From Candidatus Marinacidobacterium sp. (GTDB taxonomy: Bacteria > Acidobacteriota > Vicinamibacteria > Marinacidobacterales > Marinacidobacteraceae): a DNA stretch of 64,000 bases. Position numbers and translations under genes: made by a program. Below are positions 9,676 to 19,326 of this stretch, piece after piece; within the stretch, counting starts at the first letter, position 1; each line of letters opens with the position of its first letter. The notes below the pieces were generated by a model. That model made no database searches, was not told where the DNA came from, and saw only the letters and a program-made list of their open reading frames with translations. Location: contig OZ242011.1 in the NCBI GenBank assembly GCA_965204755.1, positions 1,632,001 through 1,696,000 of the forward strand, in the 5' to 3' direction.

Positions 9676-10775
9676 GCCGAGAAGCGGTCGTTCATCTCGT
9701 CCAGGTTTTCACTCCACCATCTCCAGTCGCTCATGAGCGTCTTCGTCATGTTCTCCGGGGAAGTCGGGAGGTGCGGCTGCATGTCGATCCCGGTGATGTG
9801 GGTCGTGACGAAGGGGAGACCGGAACGGCGCGCCGGCGGATAGGAGATGCGGCGGGTCAAACGGGAAACGACTTCGGGCGAGGTGTAGTAGGCGACGAAC
9901 TCGAGCGCCCGCTCCAGGTTTTCGGTGCCGGCGACGATCCCGATCTGCCCCACATCGAGCACCTGCCCGTCCCACACGATGACGAACGGCTGCCCCTCGA
10001 CCACCTGCGCGTTGAAGATGCGGCCGTTGTACGCCGTGGACATGCCGACTTCCCGGTCGGCGAGCATCTGCGGCGGCTGGGCGCCGGCCTCCCACCAGAC
10101 CACCTGGTCGCGGATGCTGTCCAGTTTCGCGAAGGCGCGTTCGAGTCCCTCCGGGGTATCGAGCGCGCGGTACACCTCGTCGAGCGCCACGCCGTCGGCC
10201 ATGAGCGCCATCTCGAGGTTCACCAGCGGCGAGCGGCGCATCCCCCGGCGCCCGGGGAACCGCTCCAGGTCGAAGAAGTCCTCGATGGTGGAGGGCGGGT
10301 CGTCGGGAAAGGCGTCGGGGTGGTAGGCGTACATCGTCGAATAGAAGACGGTGCCGGCGCCGCACTCGGTCAGCGTCTCCGGGGCGAAGTCGTCCTCCGG
10401 GGCGCTCCCGTCCGCGCCCGGCGGCAGGATCTCCGGAGGGATCCGCTCGAGCAGTCCCTCGTCGCAGCCGCGCACGGCGTCGAAGATCTCCAGGTTGACC
10501 GCGTCCCAGTGGACCCGGCCGGTGTCCACCTGCGCCCGCACCTGCGCCAGCCCGCCGGAGTAGTCCTCCATGCGCACCTGCTTGCCGGACTCCGCTCGGT
10601 AGGGCGTCAGGATTTCGGCCTCTTCGGCGCGCCCGATGGCGCCGCCCCAGGAGACGAAAGTGAGCCTCGGTTCGCTCTCGCCGCAACCGGCGAGAACGAA
10701 GAGGCCGAGCGCGGGCGGCGCGAAGCGGCCGCCGATTCCTCCGAAGCGGCCGAGGCGCCGGCCGGCGTCCGTCAT
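9660..10775 (-). CDS. potD: ABC substrate-binding lipoprotein (PotD/PotF-like)
   Basis: Lipobox LAGC. FVSWGG, DFFDLERFPGRRG, LEMALMADGV, YNGR. Confidence 0.82.
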   Translation of the reverse strand: MTDAGRRLGRFGGIGGRFAPPALGLFVLAGCGESEPRLTFVSWGGAIGRAEEAEILTPYRAESGKQVRMEDYSGGLAQVRAQVDTGRVHWDAVNLEIFDAVRGCDEGLLERIPPEILPPGADGSAPEDDFAPETLTECGAGTVFYSTMYAYHPDAFPDDPPSTIEDFFDLERFPGRRGMRRSPLVNLEMALMADGVALDEVYRALDTPEGLERAFAKLDSIRDQVVWWEAGAQPPQMLADREVGMSTAYNGRIFNAQVVEGQPFVIVWDGQVLDVGQIGIVAGTENLERALEFVAYYTSPEVVSRLTRRISYPPARRSGLPFVTTHITGIDMQPHLPTSPENMTKTLMSDWRWWSENLDEMNDRFSAWLSR

Positions 10776-11938
10776 GTGCTTTCGGTCTCGTACTCGTGGT
10801 CGAGCGCGCGGCAGTCGGTGGGCGTCCAGCCGATGCGCACCCGGTCGCCGGCCAGCACCGCGCCGTGCCCCACGATGTTCGGGATCTTCACGATGAAGTC
10901 GTCGCGTCCGAGCAGGCGGACCAGCACCCGGATGTGGTCGCCGAGGAAGGTGAGTTCCTCCACATCGGCTTCGAACTCGTTGGCGAACATGCCTGCGTTC
11001 GGGGCGAGTTCGACGCGTTCCGGGCGGATGGACAGCGTCGTGGCTTCGCCGACTTCCCCCGGCGCGACGCGAAGCGCCCGGACCAACGAATCGCCGACCC
11101 GCACTTGGCAGAGCCCGCCTTCGACGCTCTCGATGGTTCCCTGCAGCCGGTTGTTCTCGCCGATGAACCGCGCCACGAAACTCCGCATCGGCTCTTCGTA
11201 CAACTCTTCCGGCGTGGCCACCTGCTGCAGCGTTCCGTCGTTGAACACCGCCACCCGGTCGGAGAGCACCATCGCTTCCTGCTGGTCGTGCGTCACATAG
11301 ACGAAGGTGACGCCGAGCGACCGCTGGATGCGGCGGATCTCGTACTGCATCTCCTCCCGCAGCCGCCGGTCCAGGGCACCGAGCGGTTCGTCCATGAGCA
11401 CCAGGTCCGGCTCGAACACCAGCGCGCGGGCGATGGCCACCCGCTGCTGCTGCCCGCCGGAGAGTTGCCCGGGCTTGCGGTCCTCGAAACCCTGCAGCCT
11501 CACGAGTTGGAGCGCCCGGTCCACCTGCTCCCGCCGCCGGGCCGGATCCACTTTCCGCACTTCGAGCGGGAACGACAGGTTCTGTCCTACCGTGAGATGC
11601 GGGAACAGGGCGTAGTTCTGGAACACCATCCCGATCCCGCGCTTCCGGGCCGGGGTATCGGCGATTTCCTGCCCGCGCAGGCGGATGGAACCGGTGGTCG
11701 GGACTTCGAAGCCGGCCAGCATCATCAGGCAGGTCGTCTTGCCGCTGCCGGAAGGCCCGAGCAGCGTCAGGAACTCCCCCTGCTGCACCTGGAGGTCGAG
11801 ACCGTCCACGACGAGGACCTTCCCGTCGTAGGTCTTGGTGACGCCCCGGAATTCGACATAGGCCGGGTCCGGCGCCGCGCCCTCGGCCGGCCGTTTCTGC
11901 TCGGAATCGTTCACTGCGTTCCCCGGGGTTTCACCCAT
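10772..11938 (-). CDS. potA: Polyamine ABC transporter ATP-binding protein
   Basis: GPSGSGKT, LSGGQQQR, LMDEP, C-terminal TOBE-like region. Confidence 0.88.
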   Translation of the reverse strand: MGETPGNAVNDSEQKRPAEGAAPDPAYVEFRGVTKTYDGKVLVVDGLDLQVQQGEFLTLLGPSGSGKTTCLMMLAGFEVPTTGSIRLRGQEIADTPARKRGIGMVFQNYALFPHLTVGQNLSFPLEVRKVDPARRREQVDRALQLVRLQGFEDRKPGQLSGGQQQRVAIARALVFEPDLVLMDEPLGALDRRLREEMQYEIRRIQRSLGVTFVYVTHDQQEAMVLSDRVAVFNDGTLQQVATPEELYEEPMRSFVARFIGENNRLQGTIESVEGGLCQVRVGDSLVRALRVAPGEVGEATTLSIRPERVELAPNAGMFANEFEADVEELTFLGDHIRVLVRLLGRDDFIVKIPNIVGHGAVLAGDRVRIGWTPTDCRALDHEYETEST

Positions 11939-12698
11939 CCACCGTCATGAGAAGCGCGTCGCCGCGCCATTCGACCTCAGCGGAAACATCATAGACGGCG
12001 CGCATCGCTTCCGCCGTTACCGCTTCCCGGGGCGGGCCGCCCCCGAGGATCCGTCCGCCGCGCATCCAGGCGATGCGGTCGGCGTAGCGGGCGGCGAGGC
12101 CGACTTCGTGGAGCACCACCAGCGCCCCCCCGCCGTCTTCGACGAATCCCCTCAGCCGCCGCATGACGCGCCGCGCGTGGGCCGGATCCAGCGAAGCCGC
12201 CGGCTCGTCGGCGAGCGCCAGCGGCGTCTCCGCGGCGAACATCCGGGCGCAGTGTACTAGCGCCAGTTCGCCGCCGGAGAGGGTGTCCGCCGCCCGGTCC
12301 GCCAGTCCTTCGAGGCCGCAGGAAGCGAGCGCCCGCTCCACCGCGGCTGCGTCCTCCGGCCCCGGCCGGCCGGGCGAAGCGCCGTAGGCGAAGCGGCCGA
12401 GCGCCACCAGGTCGGCCACCCGGGTCGGCCAGGCGAGCGGCCGCCGCTGCGGCAGGTAGGCGACCCGGCGCGCCCGCTCCCGGGGCCGGAACGAACCGGC
12501 GGGGCGGCCGTCGAGGGTGACCGAGCCGGAGGCGAGCGGGACCCGGCCGAGCGCCGCCCGCAGCAGGGTGGTCTTCCCGGCGCCGTTCGGGCCGAGGAGC
12601 GCCACCAACTCGCCGGACTCGACCGAGAGGTCGGCCCCGCGCAGCGCCTCCCGTCCGCCGAGCCGGACGCTCGCGCCTTCCGCCCGGAGGAGGGCCAC
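11931..12698 (-). CDS. ABC ATP-binding protein, cobalamin/iron-siderophore type
   Basis: GPNGAGKT, LSGGE, LADEP. GTG start at 12698 inferred just after the stop of the permease gene. Confidence 0.85.
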   Translation of the reverse strand: MALLRAEGASVRLGGREALRGADLSVESGELVALLGPNGAGKTTLLRAALGRVPLASGSVTLDGRPAGSFRPRERARRVAYLPQRRPLAWPTRVADLVALGRFAYGASPGRPGPEDAAAVERALASCGLEGLADRAADTLSGGELALVHCARMFAAETPLALADEPAASLDPAHARRVMRRLRGFVEDGGGALVVLHEVGLAARYADRIAWMRGGRILGGGPPREAVTAEAMRAVYDVSAEVEWRGDALLMTVDG

Positions 12699-12703
12699 CG
12701 CGC

Positions 12704-13714
12704 TCAGGCCTCCGGGGCGCGGCGCCGGGCCGCGATCCAGGCGAAGGCCGGCGCGCCGAAGAGCGCCGCCACCACGCCGAGTTTCAGTTCCACGGTCGTC
12801 GGCAGGAGGCGGACGAAGAGGTCGGAGACGGTGAGCAGCAGTCCGGCGAGGAGCGCCGAGGGCAGCAGGCTGCGGGCCGGGTCGTGGCCGGTGAGCGGGC
12901 GGGCCAGGTGCGGGGCCACGATGCCGACGAAGCCGATGACCCCGGCGAGCGAGACCGCCGCGCCGGTGGCCAGCCCGGCGCCGACCACCACCAGCCGGCG
13001 GTGCCGGCGCAGGTCGAGCCCGACGCCGGCGGCGGCCTCTTCGCCGAGGGTGAGCGCCGAGAGCCCCCGCCGGGAGGCGAAGAGGAGCGCCAGCCCGGCG
13101 GCGAGGAACGGGGCGGCGAGGAGCAGGTCGTCGAAACTGCGGTTCGCCACCGAGCCCAGCATCCACTGCACCAGGTCGGAGAGCGAGAAGGGATTCGGCG
13201 CCAGGTTGGTGAACAGCGCCATCACGGCCCCGGCGAAACTGGAGAGGCCGACGCCGATGAGGATCAGGGTTACCGTCGAACTCAGGCGGGAGGCGGAGAC
13301 GGCGATCAGCAGGGTCGCGGCGAGAGCGCCGAGGATCGCGGTCAGCGGGAGCGCCAAACCGCCGGGGCCGCCGGGGCCGCCGATGTTGCCGAGCCCGAAG
13401 GTGAGGGCGAAGGTAGCGCCGAGCGCCGAGCAGGCGGAGACGCCGAGGACTCCCGGTTCCGCCAGCGGGTTGCGGAGGAGTCCCTGGAGCGCCGCCCCGG
13501 AGGCGCCGAGCGCCGCGCCCACCGCGAAGGCGGCGAGCGCCCGGGGGAGGCGGACCGCTCCCACGATCAGGCGGTCGGCGGGGTCGCCCCCGCCGAAGAG
13601 GGCGGCGAGGGCGCGGCTCCCGGGGAGGTCGGAGGGGCCGAGGAGGCAGGCGGCGAGGAGCGCGGCGAGCCCGCCGGCGGCGAGCAGGGCGTTCGGGCGG
13701 GCGTCCGGGGTCAT
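12704..13714 (-). CDS. FecCD/BtuC family permease
   Basis: RLPRAL, LQGLLRNPLAEPGVLG, IGFVGIVAPH. Confidence 0.9.
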   Translation of the reverse strand: MTPDARPNALLAAGGLAALLAACLLGPSDLPGSRALAALFGGGDPADRLIVGAVRLPRALAAFAVGAALGASGAALQGLLRNPLAEPGVLGVSACSALGATFALTFGLGNIGGPGGPGGLALPLTAILGALAATLLIAVSASRLSSTVTLILIGVGLSSFAGAVMALFTNLAPNPFSLSDLVQWMLGSVANRSFDDLLLAAPFLAAGLALLFASRRGLSALTLGEEAAAGVGLDLRRHRRLVVVGAGLATGAAVSLAGVIGFVGIVAPHLARPLTGHDPARSLLPSALLAGLLLTVSDLFVRLLPTTVELKLGVVAALFGAPAFAWIAARRRAPEA

Positions 13715-14676
13715 CGGCGTTCGTTGGCCGGGGGGCGCGGCGGTTCGGCGCGCCGCTGCGGGAGGCGGGCGGCGGCCGCCAGCGCTTCGACCGCTTCGAC
13801 CACGAACCAGCCGCCGCAGGCGGTCCAGGCCCCGCTGAGCCGGGTGATGGGGACTTCGTCGAGGAGGGAGCGGACGAACGGGTGCCGCGCGGCGCTCCAG
13901 TGGCCGCCGTGCGCTTCCGGCGAGTCGTAGAACGCGGCGGCGACCCGGTCGGGGCGCTCGCGGGCGAGGCGCTCCAGCGGGACTTCCCGGAATCCGGGGC
14001 TCGCGGTGAAGTTGGCGAACCCGGCGGCGGCGAACAGTTCGTGGATCAGCGTGCCCGGCCCGGCGGTGGCTCCGCCGGGCGTCAGGTAGAGCGCCGCCGG
14101 CCGCTCGCCGGTCGCGGCGCGCCGTCCGCTCTCCGCCGCCTGCGCGAGCCGCCGGTCGAACTCCGCCGCGAGGGAGCGTCCGCGGCCCGCCGCCCCGAGG
14201 CTCTCCGCCGCCCGGAGCATCGAGTCCCGAACCCCGGCGAGGTCGGCGCCGAAGCCGATCTGCGCCACGCGCGCGCCGGCGCGCCGGTAGAACGAGGCCG
14301 CCCCCGGCCCGCCGCCGTAGGAACGAACCACCAGGTCGGGTTCGAGCGCGAGCACTTCCTCCGCGTTCGGCCGCACCTGCGGGAACCCCCGCGCCCGCTC
14401 CCGGTGGTAGGAAAAACTGCTCGCGGCATCCGGCGACAGCGCCGCGATCCGCTCCCGCGGAACGAACTCCAACACATACTGGTCAGCGCAGTAATCGAGA
14501 CTGACGACTCGCTCCGTCGTTGCGGCCATGGCCGGAGGACGAAACGCATCGCCGCCGCCACTGCAGGAAACCGCGGCGAGGGTCGCGGCGGCGGCCCATG
14601 CCGGTCGGCGGCTCCGTATCCCCGGGAGGGCATCGTGATGGCGAACCTTCGGGAGCCATACCCTGCGGGTGCTCAT
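13711..14676 (-). CDS. Periplasmic binding protein (BtuF/FhuD-like), probable lipoprotein
   Basis: RVVSLDYCADQ, EEVLALEPDLV. ATG 14676 with GGAGGG RBS. LAAVSC lipobox-like motif. Confidence 0.82.
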   Translation of the reverse strand: MSTRRVWLPKVRHHDALPGIRSRRPAWAAAATLAAVSCSGGGDAFRPPAMAATTERVVSLDYCADQYVLEFVPRERIAALSPDAASSFSYHRERARGFPQVRPNAEEVLALEPDLVVRSYGGGPGAASFYRRAGARVAQIGFGADLAGVRDSMLRAAESLGAAGRGRSLAAEFDRRLAQAAESGRRAATGERPAALYLTPGGATAGPGTLIHELFAAAGFANFTASPGFREVPLERLARERPDRVAAAFYDSPEAHGGHWSAARHPFVRSLLDEVPITRLSGAWTACGGWFVVEAVEALAAAARLPQRRAEPPRPPANERR

Positions 14677-15020
14677 CGCCCTCCGGAGGTATCGGTCGTC
14701 CCGGTTTCGGATTCCGTCGTTCCGCGAGGGGCGACCTCCGGGAACAGCCTCCGCCCGGACGACCGATTCGCGTTCAACCGGCGCTTCAGTTCCTCCATCT
14801 CTCCGGTATCCGCCGGCCAGTCCGCCGCAATCCATCGTTCGATCAGGGCGATGGCCCCGCGGTCGTCTTCTCCCGGCGGGAGTTTCCCCGGGGTCGGGTG
14901 AATGCCCTCGCTCCCGCCGCCATCGTCCTGCACGCGGGAAGCGCCGGCGCTCCCGTCGCTTCGGGGTGAACCGGTCGGCTCGGAGACCGACGACCCCCCG
15001 ACCCGTACCGGGCGCGTCAC
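14673..15020 (-). CDS. Small hypothetical protein, paralog B (antitoxin-like)
   Basis: GTG start overlaps the upstream TGA and its stop overlaps the next ATG. Motif AIALIERW...EMEELKRRLNANRSSGRRLFP is shared with its neighbour. Confidence 0.6.
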   Translation of the reverse strand: MTRPVRVGGSSVSEPTGSPRSDGSAGASRVQDDGGGSEGIHPTPGKLPPGEDDRGAIALIERWIAADWPADTGEMEELKRRLNANRSSGRRLFPEVAPRGTTESETGTTDTSGGR

Positions 15021-15322
15021 GGAAACAGTTTGCGGCCGGACATCCGATGCGCGTCGAGTTCGCGTTTCAGTTCCTCCAACTCGGCGGTCGTGTCCTCGCC
15101 GTCCTCGGCGTCCTCCTTCTTCCATGCCGCGAGGAGCGCCAAGGCTCCGGCGTTGTCCGGCGCCTCCCCCGGCGAACGCGTCGAATCGTTCGCCGATCCG
15201 CTCTCCCCGGAACGGGTATGCCGGTTCCCGGGGTCGCCGTGATCCTCGGTCCGGACTTCGGAGCGGGCGCGCCCCGGAGCGGCGGCCTTCGACGCGTTTT
15301 CGGAACGCTCGGCCCTATTCAC
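15017..15322 (-). CDS. Small hypothetical protein, paralog A (antitoxin-like)
   Basis: ALALLAAW...ELEELKRELDAHRMSGRKLFP. Overlaps both neighbouring genes. Confidence 0.65.
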   Translation of the reverse strand: MNRAERSENASKAAAPGRARSEVRTEDHGDPGNRHTRSGESGSANDSTRSPGEAPDNAGALALLAAWKKEDAEDGEDTTAELEELKRELDAHRMSGRKLFP

Positions 15323-15875
15323 CCGGAGGGCGGAGGTTCTTGACCGGTTGGGGGTCGTCGCCGGCGGGGGTGTTGTGCTGCATGATGATCTGCCAGCGGT
15401 CGCCGCGGTGGATGTAGGTCATCGTGTAGCGGCCTTCGTGGACGGTCATGCGCTGCTTGCCGTCGTAGAGGACGGAGAGCGCGTACTCGCCGTAGGCGAT
15501 GCCGGTGCCGCCGATCACCCGGTACTGCTCGTTGGAGGTGCGGAACTCGGCGCCGGTGGTGTTGTCGAAGAACAGGCGCCAATCTATGGCGCAGGCTTCG
15601 CGGCCCTGTTTCCCGGAGGTCGGGCCGCAGGCGTAGAACGACAGCGCCTCGTCGTGGACGGTGTCGAGGAAGCCGTCGAGGTCGCCGGAGTTCAGGGCGG
15701 CGACAGCGCCTTCGAAGGTCTCCTGGAGGGCGGCGACTTCGTCGGAGCGGTTTGCGGAGGCGGAGGCGATCCAGGACGCCAGCAGCAGGGCACCGGCGGC
15801 GAGGAGCGAGGCCGCGAGGCCCCGGTTCCGGCCGCAGCAGCGGCCCGTGGAGGGGGAAGAAGGGACGAAGATCAT
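15315..15875 (-). CDS. Secreted NTF2/SnoaL-like (DUF4440-type) protein
   Basis: Hydrophobic signal, then ALNSGDLDGFL...GRYTMTY...WQIIMQH. Start uncertain (15875 or 15896). Confidence 0.75.
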   Translation of the reverse strand: MIFVPSSPSTGRCCGRNRGLAASLLAAGALLLASWIASASANRSDEVAALQETFEGAVAALNSGDLDGFLDTVHDEALSFYACGPTSGKQGREACAIDWRLFFDNTTGAEFRTSNEQYRVIGGTGIAYGEYALSVLYDGKQRMTVHEGRYTMTYIHRGDRWQIIMQHNTPAGDDPQPVKNLRPPGE

Positions 15876-15956
15876 GGTCGCGCCGAACCCTACCACCGGA
15901 GGGGGCCGGCCGAAGGCGTCCGGACCGCCGGTCGGCGCGACGCCCCCGGCGGCGGG

Positions 15957-18170
15957 TCAGAAACTCTTCAGGTAGGTCAACTTCATCACCGCGGTGCGGC
16001 GGGTCCAGCGGCGGGCTCGGGGGTCGAGGTCGTCGTCGGTGAGGTAGCCGGTGTCGAGCACCAGGAACAGGTCGCTGCCCGGCGTGTGGATCCAGTCCAC
16101 GCGGATGTTGGCCTGCAACTCCTTCGACAGGTCGTCCCACTGGACGAGCGCGTTGGCGAAGAGTTTCCGGCTGACCGCGGCGCCGATGTCGAAAGCCAGC
16201 AGGGTGGCGGTGAAGTCGCCGTCGGGGACCGGCAGCGACACGGCGCTCCGGGAGAGTCGCGCCCCGACGGTCAGGTGCGGGCCGGTCTTCACCGTCAGGC
16301 CGCCCTCCAGACTGGTCCGGGTCCCGTTCCAGAAGCCGCCGGTGGTCAACTCCGCGCCTCCCGACAGCGCGCGGCTGTCGTTCGTCCGGAACTCCAGGTC
16401 GTAGGAGCGGAACCGGTAGTCGCCGGGCGCGAGCGTCCGGCCGCGGATCGAATCCGGCCCGCCCAAGCGCTCGAACCGGTCGTCCAACTCCACCTCCAAA
16501 CTGTCCCCCGACTCGAACTCGAAACCGAGTTCGGCATTGACCAGGCGGGACTGCAACTCGCCGTCCGTGCCGTGGATCCGCTCCCCGCCGAGCGAGAGCG
16601 CGGCTTCGCGGGCCCAGTCGCTCTGCTCGAATCTCGGCTCGAAACCGGTCCACAGGTACCAAGCGTCCTGGTCGGGCCGGCGGACGAAGCCGAGCGCCGG
16701 ATCGAAGTTCCGGCCGACATGCGATCTCCCGACGCTCAACGAGTACCGGTCGTTCTCCAGGTCGAGCGCCGCCTCCCCGGCGCGGCTGTCCGACCGGAAC
16801 TCGCCGGTGGTTTCGTCCCGGACCGCGGCGCCCCAGAGGCGGAGCGCCGAACTGGTGAAGAACCGGGCGTGGAGGTCCGCGCCGACCGCGCGGCTGCCCG
16901 CTTCGCCGTCCGGGTCGAGGCTGGTGGCGATGACTCCGAGGGTGGTGCGTTCCCGGAGGTCGGCGCGCAGGCGGAGCACCGAGTTCCACGCCGCGGAGGC
17001 CCGGTCGCCGTCCGGCGAGCCGGCGCCGGTGCGGAGCGCGAGCGCGCCGATGGAGAACGGGCCGGCCTGTCCGGTGAGCCGGCCGCCGCCCAGGATGCCG
17101 CCGTCGAGCCCGACCCGCCGGCTGAAGAAGACTTCGGTATCGCGCGAGTTACCGAACTGGAAGAGGCCGGCGCGTTCGAGGAAGAACTCGCGCTTCTCCG
17201 GGAAGAACAGGTCGAAGCGCGTCAGGTTGATCTGGACATTGTCGGACTCGACCTGCGCGAAGTCGGTATTCCAGGTGAGGTCGAGCGTCAGGTTCGGCGT
17301 CACCCGGTACTTGAGGTCCGCGCCCGCCTTCCCCTGCGCGTCGAACCCGGTTTCGCCGGCGGGCTGCTGCGCGCCGAGCGAACCGTAGGGTTTCAACTCC
17401 AGGTGCCGGCCCCGGCGCACGCCTTCGAGCCCGACGAGCGTCGCGTACTGCGATACCTGGGCGATGCCCGCCCGGTAGTCCTGCCCGATGTGCGGCCATA
17501 CCACCGTCTCGTTCTTCCGGCGGATGGAGCGCGAAAACGCGATGCCCATCACCGGCTCCTCCACATCGGCGAACCGGATCGTGGTGAAGGGGATCGCCAT
17601 CTCGAGGACCCAGCCGTCTTCGTCCACCGTGGTTTCGGTGGTGAAGACCCCGTCCCAATTCCAGTCTTCCCGGTCGAGGCTCTCGTCGGAGAGGAGGGCG
17701 TCGTCCTGGGTTCCGAGCGCGCCCACTTCGAAGATGTAGGCGTTCTTGCGGTCGTGGTAGGTGTCGAGGCCGATGATGACCCGGTCGTCCTTGTCTATGC
17801 GGCCGCCCCGTTCGAGGATCGCCCGCCGGATGCGTTCCGGTTCGGAGTCGAAGAAGCGGAAACCGAAGTAGAGCGCGTTCTCGTCGTAGGCGATCCGCAC
17901 TTCGGTCGGCTCGCTCGCGGGAGCCCCGTCCACCGGCGCGCGTTGGCGGAAGCCGGTGATCGACGGTATGCCGCGCCACGGGGAGTCGTCGAGCACGCCG
18001 TCGATTTCGGGCGGCGTCGAGACGCGGACGGCGCGAACGACCGGCGCCGAGTCCCGCCCGGCGGTCGGTTGGGCGGCGGCGGCGCATGGCGCGGCGAGCG
18101 CGACGAGCGCGGCAGGCGCGACGGGCAGGAGCGCGCCCGAAGTGAGCAGGGACGGAGGGCGGCGGGACAC
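15957..18170 (-). CDS. CBM9-like + DUF5916 outer-membrane protein
   Basis: PEIDGVLDD, TEVRIAYD, WVLEMAIPF, NTDFAQVESD, FFPEKREFFLE, terminal Phe. Start approximate. Confidence 0.82.
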   Translation of the reverse strand: MSRRPPSLLTSGALLPVAPAALVALAAPCAAAAQPTAGRDSAPVVRAVRVSTPPEIDGVLDDSPWRGIPSITGFRQRAPVDGAPASEPTEVRIAYDENALYFGFRFFDSEPERIRRAILERGGRIDKDDRVIIGLDTYHDRKNAYIFEVGALGTQDDALLSDESLDREDWNWDGVFTTETTVDEDGWVLEMAIPFTTIRFADVEEPVMGIAFSRSIRRKNETVVWPHIGQDYRAGIAQVSQYATLVGLEGVRRGRHLELKPYGSLGAQQPAGETGFDAQGKAGADLKYRVTPNLTLDLTWNTDFAQVESDNVQINLTRFDLFFPEKREFFLERAGLFQFGNSRDTEVFFSRRVGLDGGILGGGRLTGQAGPFSIGALALRTGAGSPDGDRASAAWNSVLRLRADLRERTTLGVIATSLDPDGEAGSRAVGADLHARFFTSSALRLWGAAVRDETTGEFRSDSRAGEAALDLENDRYSLSVGRSHVGRNFDPALGFVRRPDQDAWYLWTGFEPRFEQSDWAREAALSLGGERIHGTDGELQSRLVNAELGFEFESGDSLEVELDDRFERLGGPDSIRGRTLAPGDYRFRSYDLEFRTNDSRALSGGAELTTGGFWNGTRTSLEGGLTVKTGPHLTVGARLSRSAVSLPVPDGDFTATLLAFDIGAAVSRKLFANALVQWDDLSKELQANIRVDWIHTPGSDLFLVLDTGYLTDDDLDPRARRWTRRTAVMKLTYLKSF

Positions 18171-18315
18171 GGGGAGTCGCTGAGTCGGAACGCCGGCGGG
18201 GGTCTTCGGTTCCGATGGCGGCTCCGTGCGGCGCGGATGGTACGCCGCGCCGCGCGGCGAGTCCCCCGCTCCGTCCCGCTCTCCGCCCTTTGCTCCCGCC
18301 GCTACCCTTCGGGCG

Positions 18316-19038
18316 ATGTCCGCGCTCCGTTCCCTCCGCGTTCCCGCTCCGCGGTCCGTCTTCCGCCCTCTCGCCGCCGCCGCCGCCCTCGCCGCCGCCA
18401 TCTTCTCCGCGGCAACCGGCGCGGCCGGCGGCGGGAACGAACCGTCCCCGCGGCCCGCACAGGCGGAGGAACGCTCCGCGCGCGTGGTCTTCGAGACGCC
18501 GCGCGGGGAGATCGAAGTCGCCCTCCTTCCCGACCGCGCCCCGGTCTCGGTGGCGCAGTTCCTCCGCTATGTGGACGGCGGCCACTACGACGGCGCCGCC
18601 TTCTACCGCGCCACCCGCACCGCCTCCGGCGCGGCCTTCGACATCGTCCAGGGCGGCCTCCGCCGTCTCCCGATGCTCACCGGCGCCACCGGCGAAGCCG
18701 AAGAGGAGCCGCCGTTCCCGCCCATACCCCACGAGACCACGGACGAAACCGGCCTCCCGAACGAGCGCGGCGTCCTCGCCTACGCCCGCCGGGACCCCGG
18801 CACCGCCAACTCCGAGTTCTTCTTCAACCTGGGGCCGAACCGGGTGCTGGACAGCGGCGTGGACACTCCGGGACGGGACGGCTTCGGCTACGCCACCTTC
18901 GGCCGGGTGACCCGTGGCCTCGAAGTGCTCGACGCCATCCAGCAGTCGCCGACCGACGCCCCGACCGAGGTCGAAGTCGTCCGGGGCCAGATCCTGAACG
19001 ACCCCGTCCCCATCCTCCGCATCCGCCGGGTCGAGTAG
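18316..19038 (+). CDS. Cyclophilin-type peptidyl-prolyl isomerase (secreted)
   Basis: APVSVAQFLRYV..GHYDG..FYR, IVQGG, ANSEFFFN, GYATFGRV. Confidence 0.88.
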   Translation: MSALRSLRVPAPRSVFRPLAAAAALAAAIFSAATGAAGGGNEPSPRPAQAEERSARVVFETPRGEIEVALLPDRAPVSVAQFLRYVDGGHYDGAAFYRATRTASGAAFDIVQGGLRRLPMLTGATGEAEEEPPFPPIPHETTDETGLPNERGVLAYARRDPGTANSEFFFNLGPNRVLDSGVDTPGRDGFGYATFGRVTRGLEVLDAIQQSPTDAPTEVEVVRGQILNDPVPILRIRRVE

Positions 19039-19326
19039 TTCCCGCGGGCGGCGGCGCCTCGCCGTCCGACCCCGCCGGCGCCCCCGCCGAAGGGGTGACG
19101 GTTTTCGTCGTGGCCCTTACCGAGGGTTCCCGGCGGCTTCGAAGCGCTCGACGCCGGCGATGTCGAGCGCGCCGGCCATTCCCCGGCCGGCGGAATGGAA
19201 ATCCTGCGGACTCGGCAGACGGTCTCCGGGCAACGCGCCGCCGACCCGGCTCGACTCGAGGAAGATTCGGCGACGCCCGAGGAACCGCGCCACCTGCGGC
19301 GCAAAGGAAACGATCCAATACGCGTC

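Noticed and set aside
13711-18310. Cobalamin riboswitch upstream of the Btu-like transporter
   Set aside because: There is no intergenic space and I recognised no B12-box, so the substrate is left unassigned.
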